DNA of 64,000 nt from Octopus sinensis (Eukaryota). The position numbers and the translations under genes are program-made. This document shows, piece after piece, positions 12,317 to 25,335 of this stretch (position 1 is the first letter of the stretch; each line of letters opens with the position of its first letter). The stretch lies in contig NC_043007.1 of NCBI RefSeq assembly GCF_006345805.1, forward strand, positions 4,526,001 to 4,590,000, given 5' to 3'. Under the pieces are notes generated by a model, which saw nothing but the letters and a program-made list of their open reading frames with translations, did not search any database and was not told the origin of the DNA.

Positions 12317-12586
12317 CAGTGGTTCCCAAAGTGGGTGGTGGAAAGATCTGGGATGTGGTGTTGAAGAAAAATGGGACGATTATGGGGTGACTAAGACAGG
12401 GCAATGGATGCAAAAGAGACAAAGAAAATAAACGGTTAATTCAGTTAAAATTTATTTGTGGAAAATAGTTGTTTTGAATTTACTACAGAAAATAGTCTAT
12501 GTCTGTGATGGTGAATGGAGCAGTGCACTAGGAATGTGGCCTTAGAATCAAGGGTGTAGCAGCCTGAACAATCTTGGGAACCACTG
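12317..12586. mobile_element. hAT-type MITE, 270 bp, 13-bp TIRs, 8-bp TSD
   Basis: TIRs CAGTGGTTCCCAA / TTGGGAACCACTG; identical GTCTAAGG on both sides (12309-12316, 12587-12594). Confidence 0.92.
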
Positions 12587-14355
12587 GTCTAAGGCATAGC
12601 TATAGAGTTTCTTCTTTAATTTGCATCCCCTTTTCTTCAGAGTTTCTGCTCTTTACTGTGACAGACAGAGTTCCTGTTTCTATGTGGTGTGATTAGCAGG
12701 AATGAAATATAAATACTCTCGGTTATCAAGTTTGTATTATACACCCAAGCTTCTGATGCTGCTTTTAAACTATTGAATGGTTTTGTAAATAGTTCCAACT
12801 ACATTAACAGCTATTCAGCACCCTCTTAATTCATTTCTTTTCAAAAAATGGTTCTGCCAGAATTGATATAATTAACCGTTTCTCATTGTAATTAAACTTA
12901 ATTAATTTCACAATTGTTATTAATTTTTTTTTATGCCTAGTGCTACTAGCTTCTTTTCATACTGTAATTTCTTTCTTTTTCTGTATATTATCTACACCTT
13001 ATCTGAGACAGTCCACTGAAGCAAGTTAAGAAGAGAGTTTATCTGTGGGTGTTCACCTGGATAAGAGATAGCAACCAAATTTCCTTGAAACACAGCTTTC
13101 CAATTTAAAAAAAGAACACACTAATTTAGTTCTATTCCACACTATTTTTGATAAAAGAAATGTAATCATTAAGTTTTGAATTTCTTTTGAATAAAATAGC
13201 TTGGTTAGAGGCAGGGGAACTTTACTCATAACTATTTTCAGGGTGTCTGAGACTTGTAGGTGCAAAGGAGGAAATTCCTCAGACCAGAGACCTAATTCTT
13301 TCAACAGAATGAACTCTACTACAAGAACCTAAAATGCCAGGTAATTCTATTAAGCAAAGTGACAGCAACTTAAGTCTAGCACACAAGTTGAACGAGGGGT
13401 CTGCTTGGTCAGGGCTTACTTAGGACTAAAGGACAAATATTTACAAAGGACTTATGCCACCATAAGAACCAGATCTGTATTATAATAATTCCATTCACCT
13501 CACTTTATTCTCATCTCTGATGTTCTTCAACTTGTTTCACAATCTGATTGTCTTCTTTCCTTCAATTTCTTACTCCCAACACTCATTTCTTATCTCAAAG
13601 AATGATTCTGTTGGAATTGTTAGAATTCACTTCCATCTTTCTGATACGCAGATTTGTTCAATTTTACAATTCTGTTTTTCTTTTACCTTTTTTTTTTATT
13701 ACCATTTTCTTTTTTATTATTAATGCCAAGCATCACAAGTTACTTGAAACTCTAGTTTTTACTTCCATATTTCTAGTCATACTATTTTGCTTTCTAAAAG
13801 AACATTTCTCTAATCCAGTTTCCCAAGAGAAAACAGTCATTATGTCAGGTGCTTTCTAATATTAGAGCAGCTACAAATCTACACACACACACACACACGC
13901 ACGTGCACACAGACTCACTGCTACAGAGGCAGAAGAACACACGGCTTCATGTCAATGGACAGGTTACAGAGTTTGCATTGCTATGTTTGTTCTATGGACT
14001 AGAATAGGATTAATGGAAAATAGCAAAAGACTATGACAATGATATTGATAATCACGTTTAGGGCAGCGGTGGTGGTGGTGGTGGCTATCATTTGTACAAT
14101 AATGACAACCAACTCTACCATTACCCCAGTCTTGGTAGAATCGGTAGAGCATCAAACAAAATGCATTACAGTATTCTGTTGTTTCATTCTACATTTTGGG
14201 TTCAAATTTAATTGATGTTGATTTTGCCTTTAATCTTTCCATGGTTAATAAAATAAAAACTGATCATTACAGGAGCCAATTTAAACAACAGTTCTGCCTC
14301 TTCCAAAATTGTTAATTCAATACCTATTTTAACAATATTTATTTTGTCTTAGTAG

Positions 14356-14966
14356 CAGGGCTGTCCCTAAGCCCCTGCAACCCCTGCAGTCACAGGGGGC
14401 CTCCACGGTTGAGGGGCCCCACGTTAAGATCAAAGTACGTAGATGAGTCATCTATTTGCTTTGGTTAAGATGTTGAACAAGAATTATACTTTCTATGTTA
14501 ACTGAAAATTTCAAGAAATAAAATGGTAACACATTGCACCTGCAAAAGTTCTTGTAAAAATATCACATTGTACCATGAATGTGTACCAGACTTTGTGGAT
14601 TGTCTATGATATCAATTGAACACAAACTTATCCCTCAGCTTGATTATTCTGAACTGATCGATGATTTCGCTAAGCGGCAAGTGCACCGTGTTTGTCTTTG
14701 AAAGTTGCCTGGATTATAAAATTGCTCTTTTATTCATGTCTGGAAGTTTTACTGATTGAAATTTGTCACAGACCTAAATAAATTTAACTTGTACTTTTAA
14801 AGATGTCCTTTAGAATAACGTGAAATATTGAACTTCAGATAGAATAAAGTAAAATATAGCTGTGAATAAAAGGTGCGTAGATTATGAATTCTGATTGAAG
14901 GGATGGGGCCTTGAAACAAAAAGTTGCAGGGGGGGGGGAGGCTCTAAAAGTCATGTGACAGAGCTG
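14356..14966 (+). mobile_element. Internally deleted hAT transposon
   Basis: Ends CAGGGCTGTCCC… and …GTGACAGAGCTG (degenerate TIR), GGGGCC subterminal motifs, degenerate 8-bp flanks (CTTAGTAG / CTTCACAG), and a transposase C-terminal remnant inside. Confidence 0.75.
14573..14701 (+). pseudogene. hAT transposase C-terminal dimerisation-domain remnant
   Basis: Translates, with one frameshift, as TMN..RLCGLSMISIEHKLIPQLDYSELIDDFAKRQVHRVCL*. This matches the typical hAT end 'STM..RL.GL.M.SIE….LD….IDDFA'. Confidence 0.8.
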
Positions 14967-15189
14967 CTTCACAGCAAGATCCAGTCCTACTATGCTAAAG
15001 ACTTCCTCAATAACAATGATAGAGATTATCACATGAAGTAAGTTGAGGCAGTGCTGGATTGATGGCTGAAAGAATTAGGGAATTCGGTTCTACTGAAATA
15101 TGGTTTTATTGCATACTTCAGTAAGGAAGCAGAAATTAGCTGAGGGGTGGGGACATCAGTATAAAATGATCCAGCCTCATGTGAGAGAT

Positions 15190-15400
15190 ATGAAAGATGG
15201 CAGTTGAATAAAGGTTATTCATGGAGAAGGAATCTGTGGAAAATGTAAGTTGAGGAGGTTGAGGGAAGAATTGGTGAAAAATGACCTTAAGATACTGAAG
15301 CTCATGACAGGGATGACAAAGTACTCCAGGAGGATGCAAAATGCTGAGCTGAAGACAACCCAGCTAACCCATGCAGGTATGGAAAACCAGATGTAAAATA
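15190..15400 (+). mobile_element. Decayed RTE-type LINE 3' end
   Basis: EGICGKCKLRRLREELVKNDLKILKLMTGMTK resembles the RTE ORF C-terminus, followed by the AACCCATGC…ATGGAAAA 3' motif. Confidence 0.55.
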
Positions 15401-15829
15401 TAACTGGCCATGATGCATCCTGACAACAATTATTATTATTGTTATAATTTGTCTTTGTGCTCCAAGATCTAATCCTGCTGTGGTCAACTTTGCTTTACAT
15501 CAATTTTGAGGTCAATGAGATCAAGTACCAGTCATGAAATGGGATTGGTGGTATCTGCTGAAAATTGTTCATCTTACGCTGAAATTAGAAACCATTTTTA
15601 TTATTTATGTTCTTTCTTTTGTGGGTTTAATACAAATTACCTGCTGGATTCTTACCTGTAGCATGGTGCATGAGAGAGTTACCTGCATAGAGGTTGTCAA
15701 AAGAGATATGACCACCACTGGCAGAGCCACCCACCCAGCAATGTCTGGATGTTGTAATGAGACAAGGGTATAATTCAAGGGAAAATTTGCAGCTGTCTCT
15801 AACATGTCTTGCTACAACATAGAAGTATT

Positions 15830-15831
<2 letters not shown>

Positions 15832-15922
<91 letters not shown>
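15832..15922. repeat. (CT)n(CA)n microsatellite
   Basis: Read directly from the sequence. Confidence 0.95.
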
Positions 15923-16829
15923 AAAGTGTACAGTCCTGCTAATCTGGCTCCCTTAAGACCTGGGTAATGCTGGATTATCAAATATTCTGGCATATTGCAA
16001 TTCAGTCTCCAAAAGCCAAAAAACATAGATTAATTAGCAATAAACGAGATGGGGGAAGTGAAATTGTAGAAACAGAGAGAGAGATTTACAGTGAAAACGA
16101 GAAAGGGGGTAGTTTGATATAACTGATATGAGAATAAGAGGGGGGTAAATGAGAAAATAGAATAAAGGATTTAGAGCAAAGAGATGACCAATTTGTTAAT
16201 AATGAATAATTGTTAACTTCCTTATCTCCATTTCCTTTTCTTCTTTTAACTATATATATGTACACGTGTATTATATATATATATATATATATATACATAT
16301 AGATAGATAGAATGAGAAGAAAGAGAGGTGCAATTATGTGTGTGTGTATATATATAGCAACATACAATAAGATATAATAATATATTAATATATTTTAAAT
16401 ACATTATAATATAGGTGACTATAAGGTAAAATTAATAAATGAGGGTGCAATATATATATGTATATATATGTATATACACACATACATGCATACATATATA
16501 CAAACATGCATGCATGCATACATACAGGTGTGTGTGTGAGTGTGTGAGTGTGTGTGTGTGTTTGTGTGTTTGTGTGTAATGACATGTGTTGGAGGAATAC
16601 AGTAAGTAGGGGTGGAGATTTAAGAACAAGAAAGTTATAGAAATATAATGGGTGGGATGGTGATGGTGGGTGGGGGTAGGATTAATAGAAGACAGGAGAA
16701 GAAAGCGAGGAAAAGTAGGAGGTACCAAAAAGGAAGACTAAATTTAGACAAGAATGGTTGACTTGTGAATCATATTGGACAGGTATTTGACAGAATTGAT
16801 TGCTATGTTTGGCTGGTCATTTGGTACTG

Positions 16830-17180
16830 GAGGTGGTGGTGATGATGGTGGTGGTGGTGGTGGTAGTGGTAGTGGTGGTGAGGTTAGTCATAGTGAAGGG
16901 AGCAGTTAAACTTGCTGTTAAAAGGTGGTAGCAAGAGAGATTATGTTTGGTGGTGGGGGTGGTGGTGGCTGTTGGTTGTTGTGTGGGACAAGAGGTCATT
17001 TTGTTAATTAAGGGTTGAATAATGACTATTGAAGTGCTACCATTGTTGTCGGTGGTATTGGTGGACACAGTTACCAATAAAAGAGAGGGGGGATAGTTTT
17101 GCTAAAGACAGAAATAGTGGTGATGGCAGTGGCGGTGGAGGCAGCGGTGGTGGTTGTGGTGGTGGTGTTGGTGGTGGTGT
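16830..17180. repeat. Degenerate (GGT)n low-complexity tract
   Basis: Read directly from the sequence. Confidence 0.85.
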
Positions 17181-18631
17181 TGATTGGTCATTTGCTAAAA
17201 TTAGTGTTGATAATAGCTGGAAGGAGTTGTTTGTCTCATTTCAGTTTTTTACTCTATCATTATGACCCATCTGTAATGGTATTGGACACAACCAACAGGA
17301 TGGGTGACCCTCTCAAAGCAAAGTTTATTTTGGAATGTCTTAGGTTTGTGCAGTTTATTACAACATAATTATTGTTGCTTAGTCAACCCATCTTTTTCTC
17401 TTTCAGACATGACATATCTAGGATCACAATACCTTTATATAAGGCAGCTAAGTGTAATTTGAATGAAATTTGATTGTTATTTCTAGCATGTTGAATGACT
17501 CCTTAGAAGAAGATCTTTCATTGCTTTAGTTTATTACAATAGTTCCAGCTTGGTATTTAGAGAGATCACACGGGCAGTAAAAAAATATTATACTCCTTAA
17601 AGAACATTTAGAATTTAAAGGTTAGTTGCTGTCCAGTTTAAAAGTTGGGTACCATAAGTACATTTAAGTTGTTTAGCTCAGGCATACGATAAGCAGCGGT
17701 CTAGTCATGGCCATCCCATTTTTTTATATATATCTAGATGGATATTGTAATTTCCATTTGTGCTTTTCTTTCTAAATAACTGGGTGTGATTTGAGGGAGA
17801 TTTAGTTACTATTTCTAGCAGGTCAAGGGACCATATAGCAGCTCCCTCTGTTAGCTTGTGTGAATTACTGAGAGCTATCATTCATAATAGTTGGCTGTTT
17901 ATTGTGGTAAAAACAGCAAAGTAACAGAATGAATAGAACACAATTGGAAACCAAGATCTCAGTATTATCATCGACTCTTTGAATAGGATTATTTTCAATA
18001 GAGTCTAAACTCTTGGTTATGGATGAGAAAATTGTTTATTTGGTTTGTAAATAAGTTGATTCTTTCATGAACCCAAACACTGTTGGGCTAGGATTTTGAT
18101 TATATTTTCAGTTGAGTTATGGAGATGAAAGAAAGATATCCTTATAAATGAGATGCTAGTCTATTGTGTACAATTGTCCTCAGAAACCATGATACATGGA
18201 AGTGAAAATGGCCAAAGCAGCAGAGTGCCAGTCAACCTAGCAAGTGGTTGGCATTTCAGAGTTTGTCTTTGGCATGAGATGAAGTCCGTTGACAAGACAC
18301 TCAACATAGATTAGGTAAGTCAACCAAGCTTTGAGTTGGCTCTGCAAAAGACTCTAACTCCCTAATGTGAGCAACTGTCAGGGTTGGATTAAAACCAACT
18401 GATTCCCTAAGCACACTCCATCAGTGCCACTCCATTTAGTCCTTTCATTCTCTGATTAGTCATTCACAATTAATAAGCAATGAATGGGGAATAAAAGATT
18501 AAAACTCGGGTTTCTTCCAGGCCTTCCCCCCAAACCATAACCTCTGTATTAATTATATATCAATATATTACGATACAACTATATTAATTGGTTTTAAATT
18601 TTATTTGTTTAGCACTAAATAACAATAAGTA

Positions 18632-18820
18632 TCATCATCATCATCATCATCATATGTCCATTTTCCATGCTGGTATGGGCTGGATGGTTTGACTGAGGTC
18701 TGGGAAGCCAGAAGGCTGCACCAGGCTCCAATCTGATCTAACAATGTTTCTACAGCTGGATGCCCTTCCTAATGCCAACCAAGAGTGTAGTGGGTGCTTT
18801 TTACGTGCCACCAGCACAGG
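18632..18820 (-). mobile_element. SINE with RTE-like 3' end and (GAT)n tail (family C here)
   Basis: (CAT)n then …CCATGCTGGTATGGG…GCTGGATGCCCTTCCTAATGCCAACC; the same motif occurs at 24071, 45615, 46400 and 51237. Confidence 0.8.
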
Positions 18821-18921
18821 AGCCAAATGAATTATTTACTTATAACAAGGATAAAATTTTAAAGTGGAAGTTTTTAATGTGTTCGTTGTTACCAAAATAT
18901 CATTCTGGGACTGTAATTGTA

Positions 18922-19575
18922 TGAGGGTGAGTTAAAAAGTAATGCCATTTTGTTTATGACAGGTATAATTACCAACACAGGAACATGTATCATACATCAA
19001 AATGAAGCTGGTCCTCTAGCTCTCTTGGTACCCAACGGTCACACACTTTTGAAAAGCCAAGTGATTCGACTATGTTGTAAGCACTTCCATGGCTCACTTC
19101 AAGGTTTTCTGCCAACTCATCAAGAGTTAAGCGCCTGTCTTCTCTGATCAGAGCATCTGGTTTTGCTTCATTGGCAGGATTCACAGAAGCGGACGGATGG
19201 ACGGACAGAACGGGGTTTATCGGCTACACTCACAGTTCCCACCTTTTCATCTTTCAGACGACGGATCCACCTGCATACATTGCTATAATCTAAAGTATTG
19301 TCCTCAAAGACATTTTCTAATTGTCAGTGAATGTTCACAGGTGTTTCCCCCCTCAGCAACAAGAAATTCAGTCACTGCTCCTTGTTTTTGACGTAACTCT
19401 AAGGGGGAAGCCATTTTGAATTTTCCTTACCAGTCTAAAAACCTGAAAAGTAAGAAACAAAATATTTCAGAACGTAAATGATAGAATCATTTATAACTGG
19501 GAAAATTTTCAGTTATTTTTATCAAAAACTTCACATGTAATAAAGAAAATGGCTTTACTTTTTGACTCACCCTCA
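18922..19575 (-). mobile_element. Mariner (Tc1/mariner) internal-deletion derivative, 654 bp
   Basis: About 36-bp TIRs (TGAGGGTGAGTTAAAAAGTAATGCC…, 3 mismatches) with TA on both sides (18920-21, 19576-77); contains the N-terminal part of a transposase. Confidence 0.95.
18990..19414 (-). pseudogene. Mariner transposase N-terminal half (DNA-binding region to WVPREL linker)
   Basis: MASPLELRQKQGAVTEFLVAEG/ETPVNIH*QLENVFEDNTLDYSNVCRWIRRLK…/…DRRLTLDELAENLEVSHGSAYNIVESLGFSKVCDRWVPREL. Two frameshifts, one stop, and the catalytic domain deleted. Confidence 0.92.
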
Positions 19576-20337
19576 TATTTTCAGACTTTAAGGTTTGAAA
19601 ATCTGTGGAGTTGTGGTGTTCCAGAATATACTGGTCTTCTGTCTAACCATAGAATATTCACAGAGTCCTTCAATTAGTTTTGTTTCATCCTCGTGTGTGT
19701 AAATTGGCATGGAACACCAGTGCTGCCTATGCAAATCCCATTTTTGTTGCTTAACTTTTTAGCCTACCAAACCATTGAATATGGAAAACGTTCATAGCTT
19801 CAGGGACCACCCCAAAATAAATTAGCAAGTGTTTTACTGGGTTTCAGTACTGAATTCAGTTCCCTTATGGGCAAAGCTGCAAGTAAAAAGTTCAAACAAT
19901 GGTAGAAATTTTATGTTGTGTGGAAGAACATCCCAAGTGTTCTCAGATTCTTCTGTTTTACAGTGGTTGGCTGGCTTACTTGCCAGGAAAATATGTTCGT
20001 TCTAATCTGCATAACACTACCAAAACTAAACAGAAGCGACAGATCCAATTTATCATTGGAACTGTAAAAATCTGTAAAACTTTCCAGAAGTTTATCATTT
20101 ATATATATATATATGTGTGCATGTCTAGATATGCAACTGTTTGCATGAGAAGACACACATAAAGCAAAGCATACAAATCTGCACATACATACATGCAAGC
20201 AAAAATACCGTTCTTGTTGATGTTGAAATTCCAATGAAGGAGCCTTGAATCTTGGTTAGAAACCGATTCTTTCTCTATTGGCAGGAAATCTTGAAATAAA
20301 ATGGAATGATGGCATACATACTTAGATACACATGTAC

Positions 20338-20374
<37 letters not shown>

Positions 20375-20395
20375 TAAATACATATATACATACAT

Positions 20396-20690
20396 GGTAG
20401 TTGTCTACTCCTCATGCAGAGTTTGACTACCTCCTGTACCTACACCTTAGAACCATTATGGCTACTGATGTGGCTTTTTAAATCAGACAATATTATGAAA
20501 AGACACCCACATAGACTGCATATCCAATTTGGACCACCAAGAGCTACAGATAAGTTCAGATCTTTGTGGATCTTAAAATGTCTTTTGAGGCCTCCATTGG
20601 ATTTGCAAACCTTCTGGCATTCATTGCATTCAAAAGTGTGCACAGATGAATAGGCAGAATAGTTGGTGGAGATTCATTTTACATACATAC
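20396..20690 (-). mobile_element. 5'-truncated LINE 3' end (RTE-like) within a (CATA)n microsatellite
   Basis: Zinc-finger ORF end, a short 3' UTR, then (ATGT)n; CATA repeats on both flanks. The clade assignment is inference. Confidence 0.5.
20440..20673 (-). CDS. Open frame encoding two C2H2 zinc fingers (probably LINE-derived fragment, no ATG)
   Basis: FECNECQKVCKSNGGLKRHFKIH and WICSLCGCLFIILSDLKSHISSH; all eight Zn ligands present; no TGEKP linker. Confidence 0.55.
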   Translation of the reverse strand: MSTNYSAYSSVHTFECNECQKVCKSNGGLKRHFKIHKDLNLSVALGGPNWICSLCGCLFIILSDLKSHISSHNGSKV

Positions 20691-20714
20691 ATACACACAC
20701 GTATATACACTCAT

Positions 20715-20925
20715 GTATTTGAGTTCAGTTTCTCCCATTCTACCAAAATCTCTATGGGTGTGAGGCAGGCTTCTGCACAGTTTCCATCCATGAAGCTTCA
20801 CTCACAAAGTTTTAGCTTACCCCAAGCTTTGTTTGAAAATATTTGCCCAAGGTACCACACAGTGGGATCAAACCTGGAACCTCATTGTTTCAAAGTAGGT
20901 TTCGTAACTACACACCCATGCTTGG
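20715..20925 (-). mobile_element. Family-D tRNA SINE
   Basis: Reverse complement of the head and body seen at 21548-21672. Confidence 0.65.
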
Positions 20926-21547
20926 ACTTGAAACTTTATTCAATAAATCTAAAATTATTTGATAAACCTAAACATTATATTATGCTAAACTTTATATAAA
21001 ACTGCATAAAGAAGTGCTGTTCTGTAATTGTGGAGGGGGACATGTGGAAGGGGTAGACCCAGGAAGACATGGGAGGAAGTGGTGAGAAAGGATCTTCAGA
21101 TGCTGGGCCTCACTGTGAGATGACAAGGGACTGAAACATTTGGTAATTGAGAAGACATGTCAAGCCATGTAAAATCGTGGCCATCCATACATACAGGCAT
21201 GTCCTTTATGGCTGTGCCCTTCTCTCCCTCTCCCAGCTGAGAGGTCTTTATCTTGTTAGGTGTCAGTGCCCTGTAAAGTGCACTCATGCGGGTGTCACAT
21301 AAAAGGCACCTGGGCCAGTGACACACAAGAGGCACCCTGTATACTCTCAAACTTATTATGTTATGGTCAGTTTGAAGATTATAGAGTAAACTTGAGCTGT
21401 AAATGGTGGCTTTATTCATTATTTAGTCAAACTATAGAGGATAATTTTTTGAAATGTGATATTATAAAGGTAAATCTGGATGGTATAATATGAAATGAAT
21501 GGGAATTTTGTTTTTACAACAGTAACATTTAAAAGTAAATTTATTAG

Positions 21548-21740
21548 GCATGGATGTGTGGGTTCAGCTCCACTGTGTGGCACATTTGGGAAGCATCTTC
21601 TACTATAGATACATGACAACCAAAGCTTTGTCAGTGGATTTGAGAAACAGAAACTGAAAGAAGCCCATCGTATACATATTCATCATCATCATCATTGTCA
21701 TTATCATCGTTTAACATCCACCTACCATGCTGGCATGGGT
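21548..21740 (+). mobile_element. Family-D SINE followed by an inverted family-C tail fragment
   Basis: GGGTTCAGCTCCACTGTGTGGCAC…GTGGATTTGAGAAACAGAAACTGAAAGAAGCCCATCG, then (CAT)n GTTTAACATCC. Confidence 0.65.
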
Positions 21741-22916
21741 ATATATATTTACATATATATAAATTTATAAAACAAGAAGATGGAATGAACAGGCTTTAAT
21801 CACAAATCCCGTGTGTGTGTGCGTGTGTGTGTGTGTCTTTTTTGTGTCTGCGTTTGTCCCCACCACACAAAGAACTGAGATATAATGAACCTCTGTTCTG
21901 TTGATAACATCAGGTAGCCGGATATTGCGAACAGGCTTTAAACATAATGCTACAATATATGCATACTCAAATATAAAATTATTACTTATATGTATGTATG
22001 TGTATATATACATACATACGTATGTATGCACATATGTATGTATGCATGTGTATTTTTATATATGTTTGTTTATGTGATTGAATGTATGTACAAACATATC
22101 ACAATATATTTGTGTACATATCTGTATATATTAAGTGCTTTTGTGTGCAAAAGTGCTGGTCATATGTGTACATAAGTGCTTAAGTACGTGCTTGACATGT
22201 CTGTGTGTGTGTTTGTTCTATTGTCTGCGTACATACCCGGGTAACAGTATGTTATATTCTTCCGTATGTGCGTGCGATATCACATATTTAATTCCCAGTG
22301 ATCATTTCTCTGTGTCTGCTTTTCTTCATGCATGCTTATACTTCTATTTCTACATATAAGCATAAACTCCAGTATGTGCGTGTGTGTGTATGCTTATGTG
22401 TGTGAGTATGTTAATGTGTGTGTGTGTGTGTGTGTATGGGGGAATGTATTTGTATAAATTTGCATTTGTACACATGTGTATAAATTTCTGTGCGCTTGTT
22501 TATGGAAACGTACTTAAACGTGTGCACGCATTTACGAAAGGATGCATGTGCAAATTAACTATTGATGTGTGTTTATACGTATATGTCGTGTATGCCTCTG
22601 TGTTTGAAGGCTGATCACATGCAATCATATTGCCTTTGTCGCTGATCTATTGATCCACATCCAACATCTGAGGAATGGATCTTCAAGCTTTCAGCATGTA
22701 CTATTGATTTTTTTTCTTTTACCCAGGGTGCACTGTACTCAATACACCCGTTTTTCTGTAGAAATCGCATATACACATACATATATCTATATATATGTAT
22801 ATTTATTTATTTATTTATTTTTTATTTATTTATTTATTTATAAACATGCAAGTATATGCATGCATTTGTGTGTGTGTGTATATGTATGTGTGTACACATG
22901 TACATATATGTGTGTT

Positions 22917-22952
<36 letters not shown>

Positions 22953-23369
22953 CACACGCATATATATTTATGTATCTGAGAGAGAGAGAGAGAGAGAGGG
23001 AAACAGCATAAATCTTGTAACCCTTCGTAGTTGGAGATAAAAGAAGTCTCCTAACATGCACACAGACTCACATGTAAGATTGTGCGAGCGAATGAACGCG
23101 TACACCACTTTCTGCCGTTTCATACTCCAGGATATTTTTGGTAAGCAAATGCAAACAGGAAAGGAGCATACCTGTAATTGTGAGTATAAATACAGATATG
23201 TGCATGTGCACACACACACACACACACACCTGCATGCAAGATGCAAAAGACAATACACATACAAATGCATATCTGTATGTATTCACGAATTTATATATAC
23301 ATATATATACAATGTGTATGTGTGTGTCTCTCTCTCTACATACATACCCGCATACATGATACATGTGTG

Positions 23370-23377
23370 TATATATA

Positions 23378-23451
<74 letters not shown>

Positions 23452-23586
23452 GTATATATATATATATATGTATATATATGTATATATATATATATGTATA
23501 TATATGTATGTATATGTATGTATATATATATATATATGTATATATATGTATGTATATATATATATATGTATATATATGTATGTATA

Positions 23587-23631
<45 letters not shown>

Positions 23632-23655
23632 GCATATGTATATATATGCATATTT
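23370..23655. repeat. (TA)n/(TATG)n microsatellite
   Basis: Read directly from the sequence; explains the YI-rich ORFs. Confidence 0.95.
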
Positions 23656-24070
23656 ATTTATTCAAAGCTGGGTTTTGGATATGTCACTACGCCAGTTTCA
23701 TATTTCGACATATGTTAATGTGTGTATAAATATGTGTGTGTGTATGTATATGTGTGTCCATGTTCATATCTATCTATTCATGCCACCCACCTCACATCCA
23801 CGTGTATGCTTAAATCGAAAACAGCAGCAAACTGTCTGAGTTTCAAAATCACAGCTGGTGAACAGGTGAATATTTGACCAGCAACTTTTCAGGTAAATAA
23901 CTAAAAGTGTAATTTTTCAAGAAGCACAATAAGATCTTTTTTTAATTTAATCTCATCTAATTTGAAGTTTTATCAATAATCTCTGGGTATTTTGTAGTCT
24001 AGTTTTCCCCCCACTCCCTCTGTCTATATCTACCCTATCTCTGTCCATTTTTCTTTTTCTGTGCCTCTTT

Positions 24071-24225
24071 CATCATCATCATCATTTAATGTCTGTTGTC
24101 CATGCTGGCATGGGTTGGACAGTATGACTGAAAACTGGTAAGCCGGGGAGAGGGATGTTGCATCAGGTTCTGATCTGATTTGGCAAGGTTGCTATGGCTG
24201 GGTGCCCTTCCTGATGCTGTGGCCA
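24071..24225 (-). mobile_element. Family-C SINE 3' part
   Basis: (CAT)n TTTAATGTCTG…CATGCTGGCATGGGTTGGAC…GGCTGGGTGCCCTTCCT. Confidence 0.75.
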
Positions 24226-25335
24226 TATTTCAATATACCGAAATGGGATTGGTACAGCCTCCTGCCCACCATTTCAATCAAATGCTATGATACAACCTCT
24301 CAAGAGAGTCTGGGGTGCCCTCTTTTCTGTATTACATTATGGAGATAGTTTCACTTCCAACCAGGATATATATCATCTTAACAGCATTATAAGTTCCTGA
24401 GCAAAGCAATACCCTGGGGCCTCTACATGCACAACCAGAGCCTGCATAGATTAGCAGAGGCCTGAAATTGCTCAGTGTGCCCATCCTTTAAGATAGCGTT
24501 GTCCCTATCTCTACCCATTAAATAGAGGACAACCTCTAAACCAGTACTTCTCAACCATTTCTTTTACTACACCCCAGTTCAATAAACTACTGCTATGCCC
24601 CACCGAAATATCATTACACTCCACCTTCAGAATCACCATTCCAAATGGAAATGGATCGGATCCCCATCTTTGTGGGTAAGGTTCTCCTCTTTCTCTACCT
24701 CAATCGAATGCACAACCAAAGGTGAACTCAGCAAGTTATATCACAGGTTAGCCATCTAAGAGAGTAGTAACTCCCAATAAGAACTGGTTCAAGATAGAGA
24801 AAGTTCTTCACTCCTGCTTATAGTGGTCAACCTCACCATCCAACCCATGCCAGCCTGCATCCAAAGATACTCCTCAAGAGTATTGTCCTCTCTTGATTCC
24901 AGATAGACATAAACTTCAAACATATGCAAAAAGAGTAGAAAGTATTAATGACCTATGGTCATTTGCATAATTAAAAGGAACATGAGCAAAGAGAAATAGC
25001 TCAGAGTGGACAGTGGTATTTATTCGGACAACATGGATGAAGAATACAGTTTTATATTTAAGAGATGAGGAATTACGTGCATTATTTGCATTATTTACAT
25101 TTTACAGATATTTGTCAAATGTAAATAAATGGATGAAAAAATTTGTAATAAATAAATACCATAGAAGAAAATTCTTTTTTTTTCTTTTCTACTCTAGGCA
25201 CAAGGCCCAAAATTTTGGGGGAGAGGGCAGTTGACTCCAGTACACTACTGGTACTTAATTTATTGACCCTGAAAGAGTGGATGGCAGAGTCAATCTCAGC
25301 GGAATGTGCACTCAGAATGTAAAGACAGGCAAAAT

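Noticed and set aside
13053-13304. 83-aa minus-strand ORF in purine-skewed sequence
   Set aside because: Surrounded by stops in frame and no motif could be assigned; possibly an ancient transposon remnant.
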